A stretch of DNA of 64,000 bases from Bacteroidota bacterium (GTDB taxonomy: Bacteria > Bacteroidota > Ignavibacteria > UBA10030). Positions 46,743 to 55,734 of this stretch are shown in pieces. The translations under genes were made by a program, and so were the position numbers. How positions within the stretch are numbered: the first letter of the stretch is position 1; each line of letters opens with the position of its first letter. The notes under the pieces are model-generated. The model saw only the letters and a list, made by a program, of their open reading frames with translations. It was not told the DNA's origin and did not search any database. The stretch is from assembly GCA_049522195.1 (NCBI GenBank), contig JBEKOB010000011.1, forward strand, positions 6 through 64,005, in the 5' to 3' direction.

Positions 46743-47837
46743 GTGTGTGTGAAACGAACATCTCATATTACTCTGGATGATATTGCAAAGAAGCTCAATG
46801 TTTCCCGCGTGACGGTATCGAAGGCATTGCGGAATCACCCCGATATCTCCGAAAAGACGGCGAAACGGATACGAAAACTCGCAAGCGATCTGGGTTATAG
46901 CCCGAACTTCATCGCGAGAAACCTGTCCGCGAGACGGTCGAACATGCTCGGTGTGGTAATCCCCAAGATTGCTCACTTCTTCTTCGGATCACTGATCGAG
47001 TCGATTTACAACGCTGCTTTCGACAAAAACTATGAAACAATTCTGACGGTTTCCCAGGAAAATGCAGAGCGCGAGAAGAAACATATCCAGACACTGGTCT
47101 CGATGAGGGTAGATGGAATGATCATCTCGGTGTCACAGGAAACGAAGGATGTCGAGATTTTCAAGTGGATCAAGAAGATGGGCATTCACGTTGTGTTTGT
47201 CGATCGTATGCCCGAACCGGGAGTGCCTGGTTTTAGTAGCGTAGTAGTGAATGACAAAGAGGGAGCGTTCCAGGCGATCGAACATGCCATCAAGGTTGGC
47301 TACCACAACATCGGATTCCTGGGGGGCAACCCGGCGATCAACATCGGCCGGAACCGTCTGCTCGGCTTTGAACAGGCAATGAAGGAGTACAACGTTCCGA
47401 TCAAACGTGAATGGATCGTTCAAAGTGGATTCGGCAAGGACGACGGCTATGCCGGGTTCAAGCAGCTCTATCAGGCTGGGAAATTGCCCGACTTCGTATT
47501 CGCAGTCACGTATCCGGTAGCGCTCGGAATGTATGAAGCGGCGAAGGACCTTGGCCTTCGCATCCCGGAGGATATTGACGTCATCTGTTTTGGCGACAGC
47601 GATGTCAATCGCTTTCTTTCCCCGTCGCTGAGCTGTGTGAACCAACCAACCCAGGAACTGGGCACGAAGGCCGTTCAGATGATTCTCGAGATGATCAGGA
47701 ACCCGGAGGACGCGCGCGAACAGCACATCGAGATTCCTACGCAACTGATCCTGCGCGAAACATGCATTGGAAGAATCGCAAAACCCGGGGAACCCTTGAA
47801 TCCGGTCGGAGCAACGGAGATCGCAAAAACGAATTGA
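46743..47837 (+). CDS. LacI family transcriptional regulator
   Basis: HTH block ITLDDIAKKLNVSRVTVSKALRNHPDIS. PBP1 effector-domain blocks LGVVIPKIAHFFF and VICFGDSD. The start is GTG 46743 or GTG 46749, behind AAGGAG. Confidence 0.85.
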   Translation: MCVKRTSHITLDDIAKKLNVSRVTVSKALRNHPDISEKTAKRIRKLASDLGYSPNFIARNLSARRSNMLGVVIPKIAHFFFGSLIESIYNAAFDKNYETILTVSQENAEREKKHIQTLVSMRVDGMIISVSQETKDVEIFKWIKKMGIHVVFVDRMPEPGVPGFSSVVVNDKEGAFQAIEHAIKVGYHNIGFLGGNPAINIGRNRLLGFEQAMKEYNVPIKREWIVQSGFGKDDGYAGFKQLYQAGKLPDFVFAVTYPVALGMYEAAKDLGLRIPEDIDVICFGDSDVNRFLSPSLSCVNQPTQELGTKAVQMILEMIRNPEDAREQHIEIPTQLILRETCIGRIAKPGEPLNPVGATEIAKTN

Positions 47838-47877
47838 GCCGGTCGGTCCCCCATTCTTCATGAGAAGGTAACGAGCT

Positions 47878-49398
47878 ATGCACGCACCACAACGACGAAC
47901 CAGCTTAGTCCTTTCCCTGATTCTCGTACTGCTATCTCTTGGATTGGTAGCAGATGAGCCGGTGAGAGTGTTCATGATTGGCGATTCAACCATGGCGGAT
48001 AAACCCCTCATCGGAACTGCAGAGCGGGGATGGGGTCAGGTGTTTCCGCTCTTTTTTGAGAGCAATGTCGTTTTCGAAAACCATGCACGGAACGGCCGCA
48101 GCACGAAGAGCTTCATAGCGGAAGGAAGATGGCAAACGGTCTGTGAGAAGCTGAAGCCAGGTGATTGGGTGTTCATCCAGTTCGGACACAATGACGCGAA
48201 GAAGGAAGACAGCTCGAGATACGCTGAGCCGCACACGGTTTACAAGAACAACCTGCTTCGCTTCGTGACTGAGGCGCGAGCAAAAGGAGCGAATCCAATT
48301 CTCCTTACTCCTCTAAGCCGAAGGCAGTTCGACAAGGAAGGTAAGCTTGTCGATACACACGGCGACTATCCAGGCGTTGTCAGGGAGCTGGCAGCTGAAC
48401 AAAACCTCCCGCTCATCGATGTTCATAAGAAGAGTATGCAATTGCTTGAGAAGATTGGTCCCGATGAATCCCGAAAGAACTTCGTCTGGATCAAGCCGGG
48501 TTTCTTCACCGCGAATCGTGCAGGACGCAAGGACAATACACATTTCACAGAATCCGGCGCTCTGAAGATGGCCCGACTCGTCGCAGACGGGCTTAAAGAG
48601 CTCCATCTTCCACTGAGCAAGGACCTCAGGCCGTTCGATGAGAACGCGATGGTGGGGGTCGGCAAGACGGTCGTCCTGGATGAATTCTACAACAATGAGT
48701 GGAAAAGCAACGCAAAGGGGGTTTCTGAACGATTTCATTATGTGTGGGACGATACTGCGAATTCGGGATTCTCGATCCTAGGCAGCAAGATTGTGAAACT
48801 CGGCGCATCGATCGATTCGTTGTGTGAAGCCCCAACGCCGGAAAACCTCAGTCGCGCAAGCATCTATGTTATCGTCGATCCCGATACCCCACTGGAAACA
48901 GAACATCCCCGCTACGTCGACTCGCCGGCCATCGAGGCGATCGTTGACTGGGTTAAGGCCGGTGGCATTCTCGTCCTGATGGAGAACGACAAGGGAAATG
49001 CGGAGTTTGAGCATTTCAACAAACTTTCGGAAAAATTCGGCATTCATTTCAACGAAGACAGCAGAAATAAGGTGATTGGTAATGCCTACGACATGGGAAA
49101 ATTCGATGCATTCCCGGATCACCCTCTATTCAAAAGGGTCAGGCAGATCTACATGAAGGAAATCTGCACGTTGAAGATCGAGAATCCCGCAAGGGCAGTT
49201 TTCACAGATCACGGTGATGTGATCATCGCGTACGCAAAGGTTGGGAAAGGGGCAGTCTTCGCAGTCGGAGATCCATGGCTCTACAACGAGTACATTGAAC
49301 ATCGAAAGCTCCCAACAGAATACGAAAACGACAAAGCAGCCGAGAATCTTTTCCGATGGCTGCTTGCGCAGGCCTCACCGGTACCTGCATACGAGTGA
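47878..49398 (+). CDS. Rhamnogalacturonan acetylesterase (CE12, SGNH) fused to an about 260-aa C-terminal domain of unknown function
   Basis: SGNH blocks FMIGDSTMADK, NGRSTKSF, FIQFGHNDA and DNTHFTESGA in the first about 240 aa. The C-terminal half (AGGILVLMENDKGN...AVFAVGDPWLYNEY) looks like a class-I-amidotransferase-like/DUF4350-like fold without an obvious nucleophile. Confidence 0.7.
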   Translation: MHAPQRRTSLVLSLILVLLSLGLVADEPVRVFMIGDSTMADKPLIGTAERGWGQVFPLFFESNVVFENHARNGRSTKSFIAEGRWQTVCEKLKPGDWVFIQFGHNDAKKEDSSRYAEPHTVYKNNLLRFVTEARAKGANPILLTPLSRRQFDKEGKLVDTHGDYPGVVRELAAEQNLPLIDVHKKSMQLLEKIGPDESRKNFVWIKPGFFTANRAGRKDNTHFTESGALKMARLVADGLKELHLPLSKDLRPFDENAMVGVGKTVVLDEFYNNEWKSNAKGVSERFHYVWDDTANSGFSILGSKIVKLGASIDSLCEAPTPENLSRASIYVIVDPDTPLETEHPRYVDSPAIEAIVDWVKAGGILVLMENDKGNAEFEHFNKLSEKFGIHFNEDSRNKVIGNAYDMGKFDAFPDHPLFKRVRQIYMKEICTLKIENPARAVFTDHGDVIIAYAKVGKGAVFAVGDPWLYNEYIEHRKLPTEYENDKAAENLFRWLLAQASPVPAYE

Positions 49399-49412
49399 GC
49401 AATCCCCCTCAG

Positions 49413-51077
49413 ATGAAATTCAGAATACAAATCAGCGCGCTTCTATTCGCTTTCTTAATCCTTGGAGGATTGACGGCATCCGCCCAGGTACGATCGCCTG
49501 AACCTGGAGTGTGGGTTCCGGACAACGGAGATGGGTCGTACAAAAACCCAGTCATCTATGCGGACTATTCGGATCCCGACGTGATCCGCGTAGGTGATGA
49601 TTACTACATGACTTCATCGAGCTTCTCTCATTTTCCCGGACTTCCGATCCTTCATTCAACAGACCTGGTGAATTGGACGATTGTCAGTCACGCCGCTCAA
49701 CGCTATCCTTATGAAACGTTCAATGAACCGCAGCATGGTATGGGGATATGGGCCCCATCGATTCGGTACCATGAAGGTGAATTCTATATTTATTTCGGCG
49801 ACCCGGATCGGGGTGTTTTCCTGACGAAAGCGACTGATCCGGCCGGGCCGTGGACGCCGCTCCGCCTCATCCGAAAAGTGAGAGGATGGATTGATACCTG
49901 TCCCCTGTGGGATGACGATGGGAACGCGTACCTCGTTCATGCGTGGTCGAACAGCCGCTCGGGGATCAAGAGTATTCTTGCTGTGAACAGAATGAGCAAA
50001 GATGGGACCCAGATTCTTGATGACAGTGTCGTTGTGTTCGACGGGCATGTCAACCAGCCGACAATCGAAGGGCCCAAGTTTTACAAACGCAATGGTTACT
50101 ACTACATCTTCGCTCCCGCCGGCGGCGTCAAGCCGGGTTGGCAAACTGTTCTTCGGTCGAAGAACGTCTTCGGGCCGTACGAAGACAAAAAGGTTCTCGA
50201 GCAGGGGAGCACGAATATCAACGGTCCTCATCAGGGAGCGTGGGTTGACACAAAAACTGGCGAAGATTGGTTTGTGCATTTTCAGGACAGATATGCTTAC
50301 GGCAGAATCATACGTCTTGAGCCGATGCGTTGGGAAAACGACTGGCCGGTGATCGGAGCCGATTACAATAGGGACGGAATTGGCGAGCCGGTCGCATCGT
50401 ACAGGAAACCAAATGTCGGTACTTCGCACCGGATCGAGGTGCCTCAAACGAACGATGAATTTGATTCCTCGGAACTTAGTCTGCAATGGCAGTGGGAAGC
50501 GAACTACAAGGAGAGTTGGTTTTCGCTGGGTGCCCGAAAAGGGTGGCTGCGACTTTATTCTCAGGTTCAATCCCCGAAGTACAAGAACCTATGGAATGTC
50601 CCGAGTCTGATGCTCCAGAAGTTGCCGGCGCCAACGTTCAATGCAACCGTCAGGGTTGAGTGTGCGAAGCAATCTGCCGGTGAGAAATCCGGTCTCGTCA
50701 TCTTTGGACTTGATTATTCATACATCGGAGTAAGTAAGTCGAAGACAGGGTATACGATTTCACGCGTCGTCTGCGTGAAAGCTGACAAAGGAACACCGGA
50801 AGAGACCACGGCTTCAGTCGAGGCTTCAGGATCGGACATCTATCTCCGTGTGGAAGTACGACCGGAAAGCGCAACGGATATCATACCGAAAGTCCTTTGT
50901 TCGTTCAGCTACAGCCTGGACGGCAAACTCTTTCATGCTTTGGGAACGACCTTCACCGCCCGGGAGGGTCAATGGGTGGGAGCAAAGGTTGGAGTGTTTG
51001 CATTGGGTTCAACTGCAACCACGACGTCTGGATATGCTGATTTCGATTGGTTCAGAATTGAACGGTCCGAGAACTGA
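49413..51077 (+). CDS. GH43 beta-xylosidase/alpha-L-arabinofuranosidase-type glycosidase with C-terminal beta-sandwich
   Basis: ORF 49356..51077 trimmed to ATG 49413 (signal peptide MKFRIQISALLFAFLILGGLTASAQ). Blocks NPVIYADYSDPDVIRVGDDYYMTSSSF, WAPSIRYHEGEFYIYF and EGPKFYKRNGYYYIF. Confidence 0.8.
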   Translation: MKFRIQISALLFAFLILGGLTASAQVRSPEPGVWVPDNGDGSYKNPVIYADYSDPDVIRVGDDYYMTSSSFSHFPGLPILHSTDLVNWTIVSHAAQRYPYETFNEPQHGMGIWAPSIRYHEGEFYIYFGDPDRGVFLTKATDPAGPWTPLRLIRKVRGWIDTCPLWDDDGNAYLVHAWSNSRSGIKSILAVNRMSKDGTQILDDSVVVFDGHVNQPTIEGPKFYKRNGYYYIFAPAGGVKPGWQTVLRSKNVFGPYEDKKVLEQGSTNINGPHQGAWVDTKTGEDWFVHFQDRYAYGRIIRLEPMRWENDWPVIGADYNRDGIGEPVASYRKPNVGTSHRIEVPQTNDEFDSSELSLQWQWEANYKESWFSLGARKGWLRLYSQVQSPKYKNLWNVPSLMLQKLPAPTFNATVRVECAKQSAGEKSGLVIFGLDYSYIGVSKSKTGYTISRVVCVKADKGTPEETTASVEASGSDIYLRVEVRPESATDIIPKVLCSFSYSLDGKLFHALGTTFTAREGQWVGAKVGVFALGSTATTTSGYADFDWFRIERSEN

Positions 51078-51124
51078 CCGTCATTGAGAAGTCCGACTGG
51101 TGCTTTCGAAAGAGGAGAAAAACC

Positions 51125-52759
51125 ATGTGTAGGCGAGTACAAATAGGTTTTTGCCTTATCGTGATCAGCGTGTTGTTGCCATGTGCGGTCAAAGCACAAT
51201 CGTCCTCCGCGCTTGAGCAGGAAATCAAGTCATACACTTCCAACCTGCCGTTCCAGATGCCTCAGATCCAGCTCCCCCAGATTCCGGCGTATCGTGTAAG
51301 TATCGTGGATTTCGGGGCTGTCGCCGATGGGCACACGATGAACACATCTGCGATTAACAATGCAATCCAGGCGTGTGTGAAAAAGGGGGGAGGAACGGTT
51401 GTAATTCCTCCGGGAATGTGGCTCACCGGACCGATCGGGCTTGAGAGCAACATCGAGCTCCGTATCGAGGCCGGCGCCCTCGTGTTCTTCAGTCCCAGAT
51501 TCGAGGATTATCCGATGCCTGCAAGAGGGGCCCGTGTGACGTCTCCGATTCATGGTCAGGGTCTGACAAACATCGCGATCACGGGTAACGGGACATTTAA
51601 TGGGAACGGGCATTACTGGCGCCCCATAAAGAAAGAGAAGCTGACAGCCAAACAGTGGAATGACCTGGTGGAATGGGGGGGCGTGGTTACTTCCGATGGA
51701 AAGATGTGGTGGCCGTCGAAAGAAGCTATGAACGGCGAAGAGTACCTTAAGAATTTGCGGAAAGTCAACAAGAAGCCAACGCCGGAAGAGGTTGCAGGAG
51801 CAAGGGAGTTTCTTCGTCCGACCATGGTTGATCTCGTCGGATGCGACAAGGTGCTGATCGATGGTCCGACGTTCACCGATACTCCGGGATGGGCATTGCA
51901 TCCGACGGAGTGCGAAAACGTCGTCATCCGCAATACATCGGTTATCAACAACTGGTGGGGACAGAATACTGACGCCGCTGATATCGGTGCCTGCCGGAAT
52001 GTTCTGTTCTACAAGAACGTGCTTGACGCGGGGGACGATGGCATCTGCATGAAATCCGGCAGTATCAAAACCAGGGAATTCGCTCTCGAGAATATCGTGA
52101 TCGCCGATTGCATTGTGTATCATGGACATGGCGGATTTGTCATCGGCAGCAATACCGATGGTGGCATGCGCAATATCTCCGTCAGGAATTGCACGTTCAT
52201 TGGAACAGACATCGGCCTGCGATTCAAGTCCGCTCGTGATCGCGGGGGGAAAGTGGAGAACATCTACGTCGATGGTATCCGGATGAAGGATATAGCGACC
52301 TCGGCCATCCTGTTTGATATGTACTATGAAGAGAACGCAGACTTTGATCCCGCGAAAGCAAAGATCCCGTACTTTCGGAACTTCGATATTAAAAACATCG
52401 TGTGTGACGGAGCCAAAGACGCTCTATTCGTCAGAGGAATTCCAGAGGCGCCGATTCAGGGAGTCTCTCTGAAGAACATCTCCATCACTTCGGACGAGGC
52501 AATGAAGATGGAAGATGCCGACGGATTCACGCTGAACAACGTCTGGTTGAATTTCAAGAAAGGCCCGGTCCTTTCCGTGAAGAACGCCAGGAATATTCAG
52601 CTCGAGCAACTCACAACAGCGTCTCCAGCCGCTCTCTTCGTCCGCGCAAATGGTGCAAACACAGAGAACATTCGCGTACAACGGAGCGAGGTCGTCAAGG
52701 CGAAGAAAGATATGGAGTTGGGCCCGGACGTGAAACAGGGAGCAGTCGTCATACAGTGA
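51125..52759 (+). CDS. GH28 polygalacturonase / exo-poly-alpha-galacturonosidase
   Basis: Signal peptide. GH28 blocks QNTDAADI, GDDGICMKSG, HGHGGFVIGS and GLRFKS. Confidence 0.85.
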   Translation: MCRRVQIGFCLIVISVLLPCAVKAQSSSALEQEIKSYTSNLPFQMPQIQLPQIPAYRVSIVDFGAVADGHTMNTSAINNAIQACVKKGGGTVVIPPGMWLTGPIGLESNIELRIEAGALVFFSPRFEDYPMPARGARVTSPIHGQGLTNIAITGNGTFNGNGHYWRPIKKEKLTAKQWNDLVEWGGVVTSDGKMWWPSKEAMNGEEYLKNLRKVNKKPTPEEVAGAREFLRPTMVDLVGCDKVLIDGPTFTDTPGWALHPTECENVVIRNTSVINNWWGQNTDAADIGACRNVLFYKNVLDAGDDGICMKSGSIKTREFALENIVIADCIVYHGHGGFVIGSNTDGGMRNISVRNCTFIGTDIGLRFKSARDRGGKVENIYVDGIRMKDIATSAILFDMYYEENADFDPAKAKIPYFRNFDIKNIVCDGAKDALFVRGIPEAPIQGVSLKNISITSDEAMKMEDADGFTLNNVWLNFKKGPVLSVKNARNIQLEQLTTASPAALFVRANGANTENIRVQRSEVVKAKKDMELGPDVKQGAVVIQ

Positions 52760-52824
52760 GAAACGGACACGCGGCACTTGATGGCGAGTGCTTTCGTGGA
52801 TGTAAAAGGAAGGTGCAAACAAAC

Positions 52825-54333
52825 GTGGGTGTTTTACGAGTGTGTGGGGCAATGTTGTTCCTGGCGTTGATTCTGCAGGGGAGTGTTGCGCAGACGACAG
52901 TCTACGTGTCTCCGGCAGGAAGCGATACGAATCCCGGAACGATCGATCAACCGTTCAAATCGATTTCAAAAGGATTGAACACGATTGGCACGAACGGTCT
53001 CGTTGTCCTGCGGGGCGGTATCCATGTCCTCGGCGCTACCAAGCTGAGCCTGACGAAGACTGCACAAGCCGGGAGCTCTATCCGAATCTGGGCATATCCG
53101 GGCGAGACCCCAATCCTCGATTGTACAGGGAATACATCTGACGGGATCAGCATCAGCGGCAGTTACTATCACCTGAAGGGCATTGAACAGAGAAACGCAG
53201 GTCACAACGGGATCAACATCTCTGGAAACAACAACATCATTGAGAACTGCGTCGTCCACGACAATCAGAATACAGGCCTTCATCTTACCGGTTCGGCAGC
53301 CCCGGGCCCATCGAACAACCTGATTCTCAATTGCGACGCCTATCGCAACTACGATCCTCCGGTTGGCGGCAATGCAGATGGGTTCAGCGCAAAATGGACG
53401 GTGGGACCCGGCAATGTGTTTCGGGGTTGCAGAGCGTACAACAACTCCGACGATGGCTGGGATCTGTGGATGGGAACCAGCACCGTGCTTATTGACAGCT
53501 GTTACGCGTTTCGTAACGGTGTCGACAGCTGGTTCTCGGGCAGCTTTAACGGAAATGGAAACGGCTTCAAGCTCGGGGGCAATTATATTGCAACTCCGCA
53601 TACGGTGAGAAACTGTGTCTCGTTTGATAACGCCGGGAATACAGGCCGCGGATTTGACGAAAACAACAATACCGCCGGCCAGACTCTTTACAACTGCACG
53701 GCGTTCCGGAACAAGGGAGACAATTATCATTTCAAAAACGTAGTCGATTCCGGACAGACACACATCATCAAGAATTGCATTTCGCTTGAAGGAGCTGTTG
53801 CAATTTCGAGCGGAATTCAGGAGAAAAACAGTTGGCAGGGATTTACTGTTTCAGCCGTCGATTTCCTGAGCATCGATACCGCAGTAGTGACAGCGCCCAG
53901 AAACCCGGATGGGAGCCTGAGAACGAATACGTTTCTGCACCTTGCACCGACGAGCCCGATGATTGATGCAGGAGCCGTTGTCGGATTGCCGTACAACGGT
54001 CGAGCCCCCGATCTTGGTGCATTTGAAACCGGCGCCCTGACACACGTTGGTGAGGGTGAGAGAATAGTCCCTGGGTTCAGGCTCGGACAAAATTATCCGA
54101 ATCCTTTTAATCCGACGACAGCGATCAGCTATCAGCTTTCAGCTGACAGCTTTGTAACTCTGGATGTGCTCGATGTTCTAGGCAGAGAGATCTCCAGCAT
54201 CGTTCACGCTCAACAATCTGCTGGATCGTACAAAGTCGAATTCAATGCAGGCTCACGCCCCAGCGGAGTGTACTTTGCGCGCCTGCAAGCGGGAGAGTTT
54301 TCTAAAACCATCAAGCTGATCTTGACGAAATAA
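52825..54333 (+). CDS. PL9-like pectate lyase (right-handed beta-helix) with T9SS C-terminal sorting domain
   Basis: GTG 52825 behind AAGGAAGG gives MGVLRVCGAMLFLALILQGSVAQ. VYVSPAGSDTNPGTIDQPF N-terminus. The NADGF-x21-DDGWD-x35-K (GNGFKLGG) spacing equals the Asp209/Asp233/Asp234/Asp237/Lys273 spacing I recall for Pel9A. C-terminal [17 protein letters not shown]. Confidence 0.7.
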   Translation: MGVLRVCGAMLFLALILQGSVAQTTVYVSPAGSDTNPGTIDQPFKSISKGLNTIGTNGLVVLRGGIHVLGATKLSLTKTAQAGSSIRIWAYPGETPILDCTGNTSDGISISGSYYHLKGIEQRNAGHNGINISGNNNIIENCVVHDNQNTGLHLTGSAAPGPSNNLILNCDAYRNYDPPVGGNADGFSAKWTVGPGNVFRGCRAYNNSDDGWDLWMGTSTVLIDSCYAFRNGVDSWFSGSFNGNGNGFKLGGNYIATPHTVRNCVSFDNAGNTGRGFDENNNTAGQTLYNCTAFRNKGDNYHFKNVVDSGQTHIIKNCISLEGAVAISSGIQEKNSWQGFTVSAVDFLSIDTAVVTAPRNPDGSLRTNTFLHLAPTSPMIDAGAVVGLPYNGRAPDLGAFETGALTHVGEGERIVPGFRLGQNYPNPFNPTTAISYQLSADSFVTLDVLDVLGREISSIVHAQQSAGSYKVEFNAGSRPSGVYFARLQAGEFSKTIKLILTK

Positions 54334-54353
54334 TATCTCAGGGAGAAGACTCG

Positions 54354-55718
54354 ATGAACTCAGAGAATGTCATCACGCGTCGAGAGTTCGTTGCATCGAC
54401 AGCAAAAGCTGCCGCAGGTGCCGTGCTTCTGAACCAGATGCCAGGCATCGTAACATCCAGAACACTCGCGTCAAAGCGAAAGCTTGCAATGGTCGGCACC
54501 GGACACCGTGGAACGGGCATGTGGGGGACAAGCGTCCTGAAGGATTACGGAGATCTCGTCGAATTCGTCGGACTCTGTGACATCAACCCGGGGCGCGCGG
54601 AAACGGCAAAACAAATGCTGGGCGTATCGTGCCCGACCTTCAAAGACTTCGAAGAGATGGTGAGAACGACGAAGCCCGAGACGGTCATTGTGACGACGGT
54701 GGACGGGACCCACCACATGTTCATTGCGAAGGCGCTTGAGATGGGGTGCGATGTGATCACTGAAAAACCCCTGACAACATCAGAATCAAAACTCAAGGTC
54801 ATACTCGACGCGCAAAGGAAATCCGCGAACAAGATCATCGTCGCGCACAACTATCGATACCCGCCGACGGCAGCAAAAATGAAAGAGCTGCTGATGCAGG
54901 AACGGGTAGGCCGGATCACATCGGTCGACTTTCACTGGTACCTCGATGTGTATCATGGTGCCGACTACTTCCGGCGGTGGCATCGTCTGAGGCAGAATTC
55001 CGGAACGCTTCTGAATCACAAAGCATCGCACCATTTCGATATGTTGAACTGGTGGGTCGATTCGGATCCGGAAGAAGTGCATGCTTTTGGTGCGCTTGAG
55101 TTCTACGGCAAAAATCATGAGTTCCGCCATACTCATTGCCGTCCCTGTCCCTTCAAAGAGAAGTGCCAGTTCTACTTTGACATGACAAAAGACCAGCGTC
55201 TCATGCGCCTCTACGCGGACAATGAAAAATATGACGGCTACACCCGCGATGGATGTGTGTGGAAGGAAGACATCGATATCTTCGACAAGATGGCTGTGCA
55301 GATCCGGTACGCAAACAAGGTGCAGGTGAGCTATTCGCTCACGACGTATTCGCCGTATGAAGGATATCGCATTGCATTCAACGGCACCAGGGGAAGGATA
55401 GACTTCTGGATGCATGAGAGGCAGCCGTGGCCAATGGACAACTTTGACGAGATCCACGTGACCGATAGCTTCGGGAAAGCGGAATTCATCAAGCTCCCCC
55501 GTATCGAGGAAGATCATTACGGAGGTGATCCACTGATGAAGGATAAGATATTCCGCAATCCAGCTGCGCCGGATCCCTTCCATCAGGCAGCAAATGTCCG
55601 GGACGGGGCGATGGCGGTTGTCATCGGCGTTGCAGCCCGTAACAGTATTGATTCGGGAAAACCGGTCCGCATTGCTGATCTGACAGATATTGTTCCGCAG
55701 GCCAAGAAACCAGATTGA
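54354..55718 (+). CDS. TAT-exported Gfo/Idh/MocA family NAD-dependent oxidoreductase (GH109-like architecture)
   Basis: Twin-arginine signal TRREFVASTAKAAAGAVLL. Rossmann block LAMVGTGHRG. About 450 aa. Confidence 0.7.
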   Translation: MNSENVITRREFVASTAKAAAGAVLLNQMPGIVTSRTLASKRKLAMVGTGHRGTGMWGTSVLKDYGDLVEFVGLCDINPGRAETAKQMLGVSCPTFKDFEEMVRTTKPETVIVTTVDGTHHMFIAKALEMGCDVITEKPLTTSESKLKVILDAQRKSANKIIVAHNYRYPPTAAKMKELLMQERVGRITSVDFHWYLDVYHGADYFRRWHRLRQNSGTLLNHKASHHFDMLNWWVDSDPEEVHAFGALEFYGKNHEFRHTHCRPCPFKEKCQFYFDMTKDQRLMRLYADNEKYDGYTRDGCVWKEDIDIFDKMAVQIRYANKVQVSYSLTTYSPYEGYRIAFNGTRGRIDFWMHERQPWPMDNFDEIHVTDSFGKAEFIKLPRIEEDHYGGDPLMKDKIFRNPAAPDPFHQAANVRDGAMAVVIGVAARNSIDSGKPVRIADLTDIVPQAKKPD

Positions 55719-55734
55719 AAAAGTGAGCATCCAA

